Positions 1 through 13,221 of a stretch of 64,000 bases of DNA are shown in pieces (positions within the stretch are counted from its first letter, which is position 1; each line of letters starts with the position of its first letter). Origin of the DNA: the human T2T-CHM13v2.0 reference genome, Homo sapiens; assembly GCF_009914755.1 (NCBI RefSeq), contig NC_060944.1. One strand, written 5' to 3'. A program made the translations under genes and the position numbers. The notes beneath the pieces were generated by a model. That model worked only from the letters and a program-made list of their open reading frames with translations. It was not told the DNA's origin and ran no database searches.

Positions 1-747
1 GAGAGTAGAAGTCTTGCTCTGGATTAAGCTCTGGCTTAAGGAAATGTTGTAGCTGGTTTGATCTTTAATCCAGACCACTCAAACTTTCTCCATATCAGCA
101 ATAAGGCTTTTTCACTTTGTTATCATTTGTATGTTCACTGGAATAGCACTTTTAATTCCTTCCTTCTTTTCCTTTACATTTACAACTTAGCTAACTGGTA
201 TGACCGGCTTAACTTTTGACCTGTCTGGGCTTTTGGTATGTCTTCCTCACTACGCTTAATCATTTCTAGCTTTTGATTTCAAGTGAGAGACTTACAACTC
301 TTCCTTCCACCCGATCACTTAGAGGCCATAGTTGTGTTATTTATTGGCCTAATTTCAGTATTGTTGTGCCTCAGAGAATAAAGAGGCCAGAACAGGAGAG
401 AGATGGAGGAACAGCCTATTGGAGCAGTCAGAACACATACAACATTTATGAATTAAGTTTACTGTCTTCTATAGCTGTGGTTAGTGGTGCCCCAAAAGAA
501 TTAAAATAATAACACCAACGCTCACTGATCACAGGTCACAATAAGAGATATAAAAGTAATGAAAAACTTTGAAATATTTTGAGAATTACCAAAATGTAAC
601 ACAGAGACACAAAGTAGGCACATGCTGTTGGGAAAACAGCACTGATAGGCTTGCTGGATGCTGGGTTGTTAACAAACCTTCAATTTGTAAAAATGCAATA
701 TCTGAAAAACATAATAAAGACAAATGCAATAAATTGAGGTGTGCCCG
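1..747 (-). mobile_element. Tigger1 DNA transposon (TcMar-Tigger), 5' part; continues beyond window start
   Basis: Reverse complement follows the Tigger1 5' end: degenerate TIR CGGGCACACCTC at ~747-736, then TTACAAATTGAAGGTTTG. The transposase start ATGGCCTCTAAG is at 329-318, followed by CAAAAGCTAGAAATGATTAAG and GAAGATCAAACCAGC-like sequence. The ORF is disrupted. Confidence 0.92.
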
Positions 748-1624
748 TCTAGTTTGTATAGTATAGAAGATATTGAAATAATCTTCCCAGAAAATCATAT
801 ATCAATCCAGAAGAGCCAAGAGCCTCCTCTACTCCAGACCATCAAGATTCTGCCAATGTTCTCTGCTAGCTAAGCCCTCATGGGACTTAAAAGATTCGCT
901 TTTGCTCCATGATAAATTTCAGCATAGGAGTTTTAAACTTACATTGGTAACTGCATATCCAGCCTCAGCCTTTCTAGATAAGCAGCTATTCTCCTCTGAG
1001 ATTTTCCCGTGATGCTCTCAGTGGGACCTACCAACTAGCCCTGCTTTTCTCAGTCTGGGAGTCCTTCCTCTTCCACTCCTTTTGCCTCTCTTCTTTGAGA
1101 AACTCTCTTCTTTCTTTTTCCCTGGGTACTTAACATCTAACATTATTTCCTCAAGAGTTTGGGTTTTACAGGGTTAATTTAACACAAATGAATATCTCAA
1201 TGAATTACCTTATTAAAAGTGCTAGACTCTCATTCTCTCTCTCTAGAAATAAGCTATTTTTTTTTTCAGGGCCTATGTGTGCAACTAAGTGAGATCCTGC
1301 TTTGATACCCCAAGGCAGAGTCAGAGCAAGCCTGGCTGAGGCTGTGGTGGCCCTTCTGACCAAATTCAGAGTCAGACTGTTTGCTCTATGGAAGTCTCTT
1401 GCCTCTCCCTTCCAGACCTTCCTCTCTTCATTTCTTGCCTAGGTGTGTTAGACCCTTTCCTGCTTTCTTGAATTTTGCTTCACTCTTTTTCCCTCCCTCT
1501 GTCTCATGAACCCCAGAAGGAATGAAATTGTGGTCCATGTATGAATTCAATGGGCAGACATATTTGTTTGGTTTCCACTGCGGGGAAAACTGTACAGTGT
1601 GCATCTCATTTGAACTCGTGGTCA

Positions 1625-2200
1625 ATATTTAACATTTGGAAATTTCACATAAGAATCCCTATTTCCAACTTCTCTGAAAATTTGAAAGATCTGGCCACAC
1701 TGGGCCCACATTTGTGGCAAACAATGAGTTGGAGTCCTTATAAAATTATGCTGAGTGAAAGAAACAAGTTACAAAAGACCAGGTATTGTATGATTTCATG
1801 TATATGAAATATCCAGAATAGGCAAATCTGTAGAGGTGATGGATTAGTGGTTTCCCAGGGCTGGGCATTTGGAGGGAAATGGGGAGTGACTGCTAAAGGG
1901 CACACGGGATTTCTTTTGGGGAATAAGAATGTTCTAAAAGCGATTGTGATAATGGTTACACAAATCTGTCACTATACTAAAAATAATGGAATTGCACATA
2001 TTAAATGTGTAAATTACATGGTATGTGAATTATATCTCAGCACATGTTTAATTTTTTTTTAAGTGGGTTGTGGTTATGTAGCATGTACCTTCCTTAGGTG
2101 GGTACCTGCCATAGTCTCCATAGTTCCATATTGACTGCCCTACACTGGGACCCAGTTAACTTCTTTGATTTTGGCCTCTGTTGGCATTTGACATTTTAGC
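1625..2200 (+). mobile_element. Old hAT-Charlie (MER102-like) element split by an L1M fragment
   Basis: GGAAATTTCACATAAGAATCC...GAAAGATCTGGCCACACTGGGCCCACATT before 1735 and GCCATAGTCTCC...GGCATTTGAC after 2060 resemble the two halves of a recalled MER102 consensus. Confidence 0.5.
1735..2046 (+). mobile_element. L1M (L1MB/MC-type) 3' UTR fragment
   Basis: ATTATGCTGAGTGAAAGAA...TATTGTATGATTTCAT...CCAGAATAGGCAAATC...GTATGTGAATTATATCTCA are typical L1M 3' end motifs. Confidence 0.8.
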
Positions 2201-3879
2201 CTCAGTTCATATTCATGAGCATTTTCCTTTTTCTAGTACCTTTATCATGATAAGTTCCCTTTTCTTATCCTTTTCCTCATGAAAATTACCTTTACTGGTC
2301 ATCCTAGAGCACATCTCCTATAATATTTTTTGACATGTAGTTATCAAGTTTCTGACAAAGAAATGTATTTCCTTATTAGTAACAATATTGCTATAAAATT
2401 ATACGTTATCAAACCAAACTGTCTTATAAATACAACCTGGATTCTGGGTTTCATAAACAAACACAGTGCACTATGCCAACCGAAGAATAACAGGAAGTAC
2501 TTTATGACCCCACATTATCTAACAGTTCTCCCCTAAACATCCCTGTAGCATGACCAGGCAGGAGATGCTACAAGACTGGGAACAGAGCTGCAATCACTGG
2601 CATTTTTAAACAGCTTGTTGATGGACTGGGCTTGTGAGAAAACCAACATTACACTGAAACTCTTAGGGATACTTTAAATTGGTGGATTAGATGGTCGCTT
2701 GATTAAGTTTGGGTTATGTAAACAGTGGAGTGTTTAGATTTAGGCTTGGCTGTTGGAGTCTAGGCAGCTGTTTGTACTTAAGTCCAGCTAGAAGTCTTGT
2801 TAATCAAAGAACTGACTGAATTTCTTTCTTTCTCCCACCCCTGCCTGCTTCTTTTTTTTGTACCTGTGTTGTTTTTCCCCCTGTTCAAACCCTTTGGGCT
2901 CAGGACTGTAGGTAGGCAAGGCAGAGCATTTTGAATGTTTCTCTGAGGACCAGGAACTTATTTTTTTGATTACACAGTGATGTGCCCCACAGATCTCCCT
3001 CACTGTGAGGCAATCACTTCATTTATCCAAGTTCTACAAAGCCTTTATTATTTCGGTTAGTTCATATTTTTGAAGCTAAGTCATCAGTTTGATGCGTTTG
3101 TTGTAAAATGTGGTTTAACAGCTTGTTAGCACATTTATTTTTTTTTTAATGGAATCCAAAGATATTTCATGCTTGAGCAGCAGTGGATTTAAGAGCCGAT
3201 GAAAAGCCCCGCGAGCTGGGCGCAGTCAGCACAAAACAATGCGGGGAACATTGTGGAGTCCTACGCAGAGCTACCCCCAGCAGTGGTGTGCGGGTTTCTT
3301 GAACTTTAAGTTACGTTTTTTGCTTTTCTTTTTCCCTGACAGTGTCTCATAAATAACCCATGTTGCCTTATGCGTGTTGGTTTCAGATTGTCTAGGATGT
3401 ACTGGATCATTTGAGCAGTCTGCGTTCATGTGGTTTTTCTCCCCTCTGAAGATGATTCGATTCTGTTTTGTCCACAAAGGGGAGACGTGGATTGCTGTTT
3501 TCTGTCCTCCAAGTGTGGCTTTGTAAAGCTGTCTCAGAACTAACGGGTTGGAACTGAAAACTATTATGGAGCTTGGTGAATGTCAGCGAGCCTTTGAAAA
3601 GTAAAAGCTGGGAAGCGACAAACTCTTTCCACAGTTCCATCCCAAATACAAACGAGGTCATTTTCTTGGGAGGCAGCAAAAGTGAGCATTCTGTGTTTGA
3701 CCAAAGACAACCTTTTGGTTGAGGTTTTGATTATCCAGGGATGAAATGGAGGCAAATGGTCTTCTTTGCCTAAATCCAGACCTACCTTTGTACCAGGCTA
3801 GGTATTTGTTGGATTGAAAGGAGTGCAGCCCTTGGAGAGCAGTTTCATGGAACTGGAATTGGTAAAAATGGGCTTTCTG

Positions 3880-4020
3880 ATTATATCTTATATATTATTA
3901 TTAGAATGTATTATTACATATTAGATCTATATTATATCTAATATAGATCTAATATATTAGATTATAATTAGATTATATTAAATTATAATTATATATTAGA
4001 TCTATATTATTATATCTAAA
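3880..4020. repeat. AT-rich low-complexity tract with a 17-bp perfect inverted repeat
   Basis: ATATTAGATCTATATTA (3918-3934), TATC, TAATATAGATCTAATAT (3939-3955). Confidence 0.9.
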
Positions 4021-4614
4021 ATGTTTTACCTTACCAGCCTTGCCATTTGCATATCTGTGTTGTCAGTTCATAAACCAGATTACAATGATTTTTTACCATT
4101 CAAGTCAGAACTCTTATATTTCATTTATATTCCAGAAAGTAGAGATTAAAGAAAAGTATTGAGAAGAGAAGGCTAATTTCTTCTTACATAATAATATCTG
4201 TGGTTCTCAAATTGAAATGACAGCTGATATAGTGCTTAGAGCCTAAATTTTATTTTTATCTATCTCTCTAGAAAGAGATATTGAAACACATAAGGGAAAG
4301 AGAGGAGACCATATGTGAAAAATTACCAACTACTTTGCCAGTGATTACCTAACAATGAATGAGATTCACCTTTCCAATCTGCCCACACCTCCAATGTCTC
4401 TTTGAGGTTGAGAACATAAATCGTAACCTCTGTGTGAGGCAATCTTACTTTCCTAAAGAAAAAAAAGACCGCTGTTAATGACAGTGGTGCTCGTGTACAT
4501 AAAGATTACAAAAGCTGGTCTTGGAAGGGACCTTTGTATAAACTACTCCAACTATCTGATTTTGTAGACAACAAAACAGACTAAGAAACTTGTTTCTTAC
4601 TTTCGTGAATGGGG

Positions 4615-5530
4615 GGCTTTGAATATTCACATGCAAGTTTTTGTCTGAATACCTGTTTTCAATTCTTTTGAAGTAGGATTGCTCTGCCATATATGCTAAT
4701 TCTATGTTTAACTTATTGAGGAACCTCCAGATTTTTTCTACAGTGGGTGTACCATTTACATGCCCTCCAGCAATGTATGAGGGTTTCGATTCTCCACATG
4801 CTCAGTAATACTTGTTAGTTTTCCATTGTTTTATTTATTACAGCCATATAGCCATATCCTAGTGAGTGTGAGGTGGTATCTTATTGTGGTTTTGATTTTC
4901 ATTTCCTTAGTGACTAGTGATGTTGCGTATCTTTCCACGTACATGTTTATCATCTCTATATATTCTTTAGAGAAATGTCATTCAATCATTTGCCCATTTT
5001 TTAATGGAGTTGTTTTCTTTGTTGTTGAGTTGTAAGACTTCCTTATATTTTTTGGATACTAGATCCTTTCCAGATATATGATTTGCAAATATTTTATCCC
5101 ATTCTGTGGATTGTTTTTTACTCTTTTGATAATGTTTTATAATGCAAAATAATTTTTAATTTTATGAAGTTCAATTTATTTTTTTTTCTGTTGTTGCTTG
5201 TGCCTTTGGTGTGATATCTAAGAAACCATTGCTAGATCCAAGGGCTTAAAGATTTATCTCTATGTTTTTTTGCTAAGTGTTTTATGGTTTTAGCTCTTAT
5301 ATTTCAGTCTTTGATTCATTTGAAGTTAATTTGTGCATATAATGTGAGGTAAGGATCTGACTTCACTCTTTTGCATGTGGATATCCATTGTCCCAGCACT
5401 GTGGAAGAGACTGTTCTTTCTCCATTGACTGACCTTAGCTCACTTGCCAAAAATCATTTCACCCAGTTATATGAGTTTTTCCTGAACTTTTCATTCCATT
5501 CCATTGATTTATATGTCTATACTGCCAGTA
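4615..5530 (-). mobile_element. L1M ORF2 3' region, antisense
   Basis: GTGTGAGGTGGTATCTTATTGTGGTTTTGATTTTCATTTCC, GATATATGATTTGCAAATATTTT and TTTTGCATGTGGATATCCA are hallmark antisense L1 ORF2 3' motifs. Confidence 0.85.
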
Positions 5531-5989
5531 TGCAGAAATTCAGTTTTGTTTTTCTCTTTATCTGAAGTTATTTAGAAATTATTTTTTAAATTTTAAATTG
5601 AAGGGATTTTGTGAGCAATATCTATGTTAAACTAAATTTTTCTTTCACTGGTCAAAGAGAATGCAGATCTGCATATGATCATTTCATTTTCTTTGAAATT
5701 CAGCAACTTCATTATGTGTTGCTTGTTTTTCCTGGAACAAGTCTTTTCAAAGCAGCGGATTCATATCCTTCTTTCAAGCAAGTTTTCTTCTATTATATCT
5801 TTCTTCATGTTTTGTTTTTTTCTTATTCTCTCCATCAAAGAATTAAATTATGTGTGTATGATATATCTTCTGCTTGTCTCAACTTCCACTATTTTAGAAT
5901 CTTTGCTCTTGTCTCTTCACTTGTGTGATTTCATCAAGCTTTTCTTGTAGTCACAGTTTTTTGAAAATTGTTTTTTGATACCTTTTCTT

Positions 5990-7460
5990 GCTTCAAATGT
6001 AGATTTCATCCTTGTAATGTATGTGTGTATATCTGTCTATCTGTCTGAACATATTTATAGTGGCTGTTTTGAATTCTTTGTTAAGTCAGACATCTAGGTC
6101 CTTTCCCAAGCTATTTCTGCCTTTGTTTTTCTGTGTATGTTCTGTTTCTTTGTATGTCTCTTTTTTTTTTTTTTTTTTTTTTTTTTGAAAACTGTGTATT
6201 TAGATAATATATTTTAGCAACTCTGGATATTGATTCATCCTGCAGGGCATTTTATTTTGATTGTTGTTGTTTGCTTATTTATTTGTTTGATAACATGTCT
6301 GGACTATTTTACTGATGTCTATTCCTCCTTCTCTACTGTGAGGCCTCTGATATTCCTCCTTAGAGGGCACAGCCTTGGGTACACACACGGTCACCTGGTG
6401 AAAGTTGTTTTACCAGAGCTTTTCTTAACTATCTCTTTCCCTGCTCTCTCTGTTAAGCTATTGGCTTTTATTACTATCATACCCGGCTGTTAGGCATCTC
6501 TAATTGCCATCAGATTGCTCTATTGTTATCACCAGTGTCCTGGGACATAGATTAATCCATAGTCTCATCCAATTAAACTTGAATCTCTTTGCAGGGTTAG
6601 GTTATAAGCCAGTCTTTGAGGTTTGCTCTGACCACAGTAGGGGACTTCTTGGCTGTTTCCCTAGTTGTCTCTGATAATCTATCTGGCTTATAGTTTAGTG
6701 TGTTGCTCTCAAGAAGTTAAAACTTTACAATCAAAGTCTTCCCTGTTTGTGAAAGTGTCCTTAGGTTTGAACTTCCCCATACTCTGTTTTATATAAAGTC
6801 AGTTCCTTTGGGGAGAGGTTAGGTGTTCTCTGTTCTTATGGCCTGCCTCTCTCCTTGGGAAATATCTCTGAGCTACTGCTCCAGAGAAGGTGGTGGGGAC
6901 AATGGCTGTTTCTTCTCTTGGAGTAATATTCCTGATTTAGTAGCAATAAATAGCTGTTAGTCTTCTTAGCTAGCTTCTTGCAATGTGGAACCTCTATCCT
7001 GTGAGTGAGCAGGAATGAGGGTGATAGGGTTCCTGGTAACCTCAGCCTGCTGAGCCTGGGGCAGAGCTTCTGTCCTGTGAGTGGGGCCTGGGTGAAAGAA
7101 GGGAGCGCGTGACCTCTTGGCTGCACTAGCCTGAAATTTAGCCTCTGTGACATGAAAGTGGGAGAGGATGGGAAATACTGGTAGTCTGGTCCTACTGGGG
7201 AGATACAGTAACCCTTTACAGGGAACTGAAGCCTCTGTCATACTGAACTGGGAGTAGGGAAACAGAGAACAGGTCATGGCTCAAGTGCCTCAAATTCTCA
7301 GTGTTCTTGCCAAGATTTAGTAGACTTTTAAAATGTTTATTCATTTTCTGCATGCTCTTAAAACAATTTTCAAAAACTTTAAGTTAAAAAATAATAATTT
7401 TCACCAATTATGGTTGTTTGGCTAGGGAGAAGATCTGTGGAACTTCTCATGCCTCCATTC
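5990..7460 (-). mobile_element. Old L1M 5' region fragment, antisense
   Basis: GATAATATATTTTAGCAACTCTGGATATTGATTC and the T-rich antisense composition are typical of L1M 5' end/ORF1 fragments; highly diverged. Confidence 0.5.
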
Positions 7461-9221
7461 TCTCTCTCTATTTTTTTATTCTTTAATCTTTTTAGAAGGC
7501 TTACTTTTTACTTCCTCCTGTTATTCGAATATTTATGTTTTGTGCTATTCTTTATTTATAATTTGTCTTACTATGGCAATCTGTTTGTTTGTTTGTTTCC
7601 TTAGTTTCTCCTAGGTTGTGTGTGCTTCCTCTGTCTTTGGCTGATATTCCTTCCCTTGTTTTTGCATTGTGGTTTCTGCTCATAAGTCCATAACTGGTTC
7701 TTTTCTCTTTGTTACTTATCCTCAGAAGGGTCAGGCTGTTTTCTATTGTGTTTCAGGGGTAGAAAGGAAGTTTGAACAGCTTGAAATTTCTATTTGAATT
7801 TGTTTTTTTTTTTTTTTTGAACACTTTACCAAATCTTTTTTTTTTTTTTTTTTAATACTTGGCACAGCCCTCTCCATTTCTGGGTAACTCACAGTAGTAC
7901 ATATTTAGTCACACTCCCTGTGCTGAAACCTAGTGATGACTTTCTCTTCTCCTTCTTGGCCGTGTCTCACCTCCAGCAGTCTCTCTGGGCTCCCAGGATA
8001 GGTCATAGACAATTAGAAATGGCATATGTATTTGTCCTTCAACTTCACCTCTCCTGCTGTTCATTGGTTTCAGATTGGGTCCTTTGAGGGACATCATTTG
8101 CCTTTTCCCATGCCCGGTCCACAGAGTTTGATTTTACTACTAGCAAAGAACCACAAGACAGGCCTTTCAATATTGTGCCACATTAAGCAGGAAACCTGTC
8201 TCCTGATCAGTGTCTGAAGGGTTCTGTGTCAGCTCTAACAGTGTTCTGCTTTGGGATCCAAATAGCTCTGTTTGTAGGCGCATCTACCTTGTAGTTTTCA
8301 TTTTTGGCAGGTTTCTTTTCCTTATTTCATTGAAAATGAAATTGGTTTTTAAAAAGTCTCTTACTGTTTCTTTTCAGCATATATAATGAAGTAAAAAAAT
8401 GCTTTTCATCCTCCACGTTTAACCAGATAGCAATTTTATTCATATCTATTTTGATAACTGATGTATTTGATCAATTTTCTAATGTCTTGTTTGTGTTTAA
8501 AAATGTACTCCCTTTTTTTGATGTTTTCTCGTTTCTTTTTATATACTGCCTTTAATATGACTGATAGAGTATTTTTTTTAGTGTTTGAGGTTTATATATA
8601 CATATGTTTCTTTTCTCTTACACATTTCATCTGAGTTACTTAAGACTTTTTCTATTGATCTTAGTGTTAATATCAATTATATCTCTTAACAGACAAAGCC
8701 TTTAGCAATCTTCCATTATTTTCCCCTTAATCTCTCTCCTATTTTCCATATCTTGTTCAAATCACCTTGTAATTAGAATTTAGATTCACTTGGGAGAAAA
8801 CTTCAGAGACAGATATTTTGAGTTTGGGTTCTACTGCGTCTAATATGCTTCTTTGAGTAATTCTCTTCACCAACTGCACCAGGTGAAATACTCATGACTC
8901 TTACTTGTTTGTTTGTAAATTGAAAATTGGAATACTTCAAAGAAAGTTGTGTTCACAAAATTTGAGTACTCAGATGTTTCTGGGTACTTAAGAGCAAGGA
9001 GGTCAATCTCTATCATTTAGGATGAATCTGTAACTTTTGAGACATGCAGCATTACAGCTGGCTGCTTCTTTACAGAGATTCACCTTACTGGCAATACATG
9101 TTGAATAAATTAGTAAAAACAAATCAATTGCATAGGAAATTTAAGTCAATACAAATTAAGTGCTTTCTTTCTACATATCTCTTTGCCATAGAACTTAACA
9201 TTTGGTTCTGCCTATGATTAG

Positions 9222-9568
<347 letters not shown>

Positions 9569-9734
9569 TTGTAAAAGAGATAAATACTTTCTTTTTTAGC
9601 TAATGAACTTGAGCAAACTAAGCCAGGTGGATAAGATGATAGTCGGGCATAAATTATATAATTCCCTGTAACAAGACAGACCCTGAGAAGGAAATATAAA
9701 CTCTGCCAGGAGAGGTTATATCATGGAAATAGCC

Positions 9735-9945
9735 TTGAAATTAGAATTAGGTGATTTGTTATTGGGGCCTAATTCTGGTATTTCCTAACCTTGTATCATT
9801 GGATAAGATCTTTCATCACACTAAACCTCTGTTCTAATTTGTAAATTGATGATAATAATATCTAGGTTACAAGGTTACTTTAAAGAGTATGTGAGATAAT
9901 ATTTGTGAAAGCACTGAGCCAGAGACTAATCACTAAATGGTAATT
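9735..9945 (+). mobile_element. MIR SINE
   Basis: Degenerate core AAACCTCTGTTCTAATTTGTAAATTGATGATAATAATA followed by GAGATAATATTTGTGAAAGCACT. Confidence 0.7.
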
Positions 9946-10060
9946 GATCACAAAATTATTAGAAAAGGCCCAGGCACGTACATTGGCACATAAAACTTGT
10001 AAAAGTTATAATGTAACAACAAATAAGGATTATTTCTACCTATATGGCTAATTTTATAGT

Positions 10061-10580
10061 GTATAGATGGGTGGGATGCTAGTTGCCTAAACACCATTTA
10101 TCTACCCTTTTTCTTTTTCTAATAGGATCTTAATATTATTGGGGATGGCAAAGTACTTAACTGAAATTCTACATTTCACAGTCTCCCTTGCAGATACAGG
10201 TGACAAAATCTAAAATGATTGCTATTGGTAGGACTTCTGGAAAATGTTCTGTAGAAGGGGCTGACAAAACTGGGACACGTACCTGTTTTTCCCTAACTCC
10301 CTTTCTCCTTTCTGCTGCCTGGAATACAGATGTGATGACTAGAACTACAGTGAAAATGTGATGGTTATGGTCATGTGATGTTGATGGAAGCCAGTGTTAA
10401 GTATGGTGAAGCTGAGAGATCGACAAACAAATAAGCAAAAATCCTTGGGTTTCTGAAAATCATTGCTTGATGTACCCCTGGGTTTATTTTACATGACAGA
10501 GAAATAAACCTGCATCTTGTTTAAGCTACCATGATTTGTGTTTTCTGTTATTTGTAGCCAAAAATGATCCAAATTGATTT
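10061..10580 (+). mobile_element. MLT1 (old ERVL-MaLR, MLT1I/J-like) solo LTR
   Basis: CTACATTTCACAGTCTCCCTTGCAG, TGCTGCCTGGAATACAGATGTGATG and AGAAATAAACC...GTTTAAGCTAC...TTCTGTTATTTGTAGCCAAA. Confidence 0.75.
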
Positions 10581-11499
10581 GAGTTTCTTCTGAAACACAT
10601 ACACACAAAAGTGAATTGAGGGTGTTTTTATTATTTAATATCTTTTTAAAAAAATATAACAGATCAAATGGATTTCAGACAGAAGGAGGAATACTTGGCT
10701 GCATTGTAAAGAAAATGGTTATTCTAGTTTATGTGAAAATAATTTTTAGTACACATTTGCACTCCAACAATTAGTGTGCACCTCTTCTTCCCTGTTTACA
10801 TTGCTGCTCATATTTTCTCTTTGTTTAATATTTCCATTTTCTCCATTGACACTCTTTTTCCCAAACAGTTGCTAGAAACTCAAAGTTGGCTGTGTCTTTC
10901 CTCTGATTGATCTGTCAGGGTAGTGGACTCCCAGTGGAATTGCAAATTTATAACAACAGCTTCTCCAGACCTTTTCTGTTCAGCTTATGGTTTCCTATGG
11001 CTATTGGAGACTGTGAGGCTACAAAATAATGGGGCATTGTGCACGGGACTGCAGTAGAAGTTACACAAGAGCTTACGTGTCTTTACCATGTCCATCCTTT
11101 CCCATCGAACAAGGGGAGGACAGCTGTTTCTTGGTGTGTTAAAATTGTCTTCTAAAACTATAAATTTATTATGCTTCTGTGATCTCGTGATCCAGAAACC
11201 ATCCCTGTTACTGTTTTCTCCACACTTCAGTCAATGTAGAGAGATGATTATTCAAGGCCTGATATATTTTAAAGAGATTGAATGAGTTTCCTTGTCACTA
11301 TTTACTGAGTATCTACTTCATCCCAAGCTCTGTGATGTGTAATTATGCAGCATAGTTTGGATAATGTACTTTGGGGCTTGCAAAGCTTACTGTCCTTTTA
11401 TGGACTCATCTTTTCACATCTCTTCAAGTCTTATCTGTTTCATGCATTGTATCTGTTTTATTTAGAGTCAGCTGTTACTAAAAAAATAAAATGAATGAA

Positions 11500-12030
11500 A
11501 CAACTGATCTGGAGGAAACAAACACAATACATGAAATAGATAAGACTTGAAGAAATGTGAAAGGATAGTGATTCCAAAAAAGAATAGTAGAGATTAAAAA
11601 GAATTTTTGAAAATGAAAAGCTAAAAATCCCCTAAACTTCCTTATCAAACTAAAAAACTTAGGAAATGGATAAATAACAAGGCAAAACACTGTAGTGTAA
11701 GAATTAGTCATCTGGAAGATAGAATTGAGGAATATCTTCCCCAACAAAATGGAGAAGAAATATATTAGAAAAGTGAGAGTTAAATGATAGCTCAACAAAA
11801 TCTAATTTCAATCTGAGAACAAAAAGAGAGAGAAAAATAAGGAGAAGAGAAACTCAAGGAATTAACAGAAGAAAAATTATTGGAACCAAAGCAATATTTA
11901 AATCTTCAAATTAAAATAGCCCCCATGTAACTTTGAAGAACAATGAAAAGTTATAGAAATATCCAGATGAAATGTATAAATTCCAGGGATAAAAGGAAGA
12001 CCCTAAACATGTTCCCTTACAGGAAGAAAA
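11500..12030 (+). mobile_element. Very old L1ME/HAL1 ORF1-like fragment
   Basis: A-rich sense composition with GAATTAGTCATCTGGAAGATAGAATTGAGGAA and AATCTTCAAATTAAAATAGCCC motifs. Confidence 0.4.
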
Positions 12031-12523
12031 AGTTTTTATGTGCCAGTTTCTCTGACCTGTCTCTATGGTACTCGTTAATTGGCCATTGGACCTATATATC
12101 TCATTTCTTTTCATTCATAATTTCCATTTTTATTTTTCTCTATGTGCTTTGAAATTTCCTCAACTTTATCTTCAAGTTCTTCTATTATTTCTATGTTTTA
12201 AAATCCTAAGCATTTTTATTGCTCTTCATTTCTTCATAGCATTTTGTTCTTATTTTATGAATGAACTATCTGTCATTATAAATTCAAATGTTGCTGCTGA
12301 TAAATTCTCCTTTGTTCTTGGAGTAACATCTCAGCTTCCCGGGTTGGACTTTCTGTGTATTTGTCTTTGTAGTCCTTATTTGTGATGTTGATTTTATGTC
12401 TATTCATTGAGAGAATGAAAGTCTAGATTTATGATTCCAGGCTGTGGATGTAAGTTTCCTGCTACATAGGTAGATCTGTTTCCAATGTACCTCTTCCATG
12501 AGTGGCAAGGCTGCAAGGGACTA

Positions 12524-12856
12524 CAGTCATTCCCCAATGTCTGTGGGGGATTGGTTCCAAGACTTCCTGTGGACACTGTAATCTACTTATGCTCAAGACC
12601 ATATATAAATGGTTTAGTATTTGCATATAACCTCTGCAAACCCTCCTGTATATGTTAAATAATGTCCAGATTACTTATAATACTGAATACCATGTAAATG
12701 CTATATAAATAGTTGTTTTACTGAATTGTTTAGGGAATAATGACAAGGAAAAAAGTCTACATATGTTCAGTCTAGATGCAAGCTTTTTGGAACATTTTCC
12801 ATCTGTGGTGGGTTAAATCCACAGATGTGGAACCCATAGATACCAAGGGCTGCCTG
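12524..12856 (+). mobile_element. MER2 (Tigger-derived MITE)
   Basis: TA|CAGTCATTCCCC...GGGGGATTGGTTCCAAGAC...GTATTTGCATATAACCT...CCAAGGGCTGCCTG|TA, with TA target duplication. Confidence 0.9.
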
Positions 12857-13221
12857 TATTATGTACATCTATATAGTGCGTCAACAGTGTGGTTCTATCG
12901 TGACATGAGCGGGTGGGATAAGCCACCTCTCAAGCCCCCAGTAACCCAAATGGCAGAGTAAGTGTGTTAAGGGATTTTTTTTTCACTGGAGCACCAACAT
13001 TCATAATAAAAGCTCAAGTTCTTCCCATATGATCCATTCAATTTCTATAGAGAACCTCCCCCAACCCCACCTTTTTTTGGTGCTGAACATTGGATCTCCT
13101 ATCTTTGACAGGTGACAATATTTTCAGCTTTACATGTACAGAATCATGTTCCCTTGATAGGATGGTTTCTATTTCCACAACAGTTACCTCATAGCCTGTT
13201 CTGCGTAGCTTGCTTCCTTTC

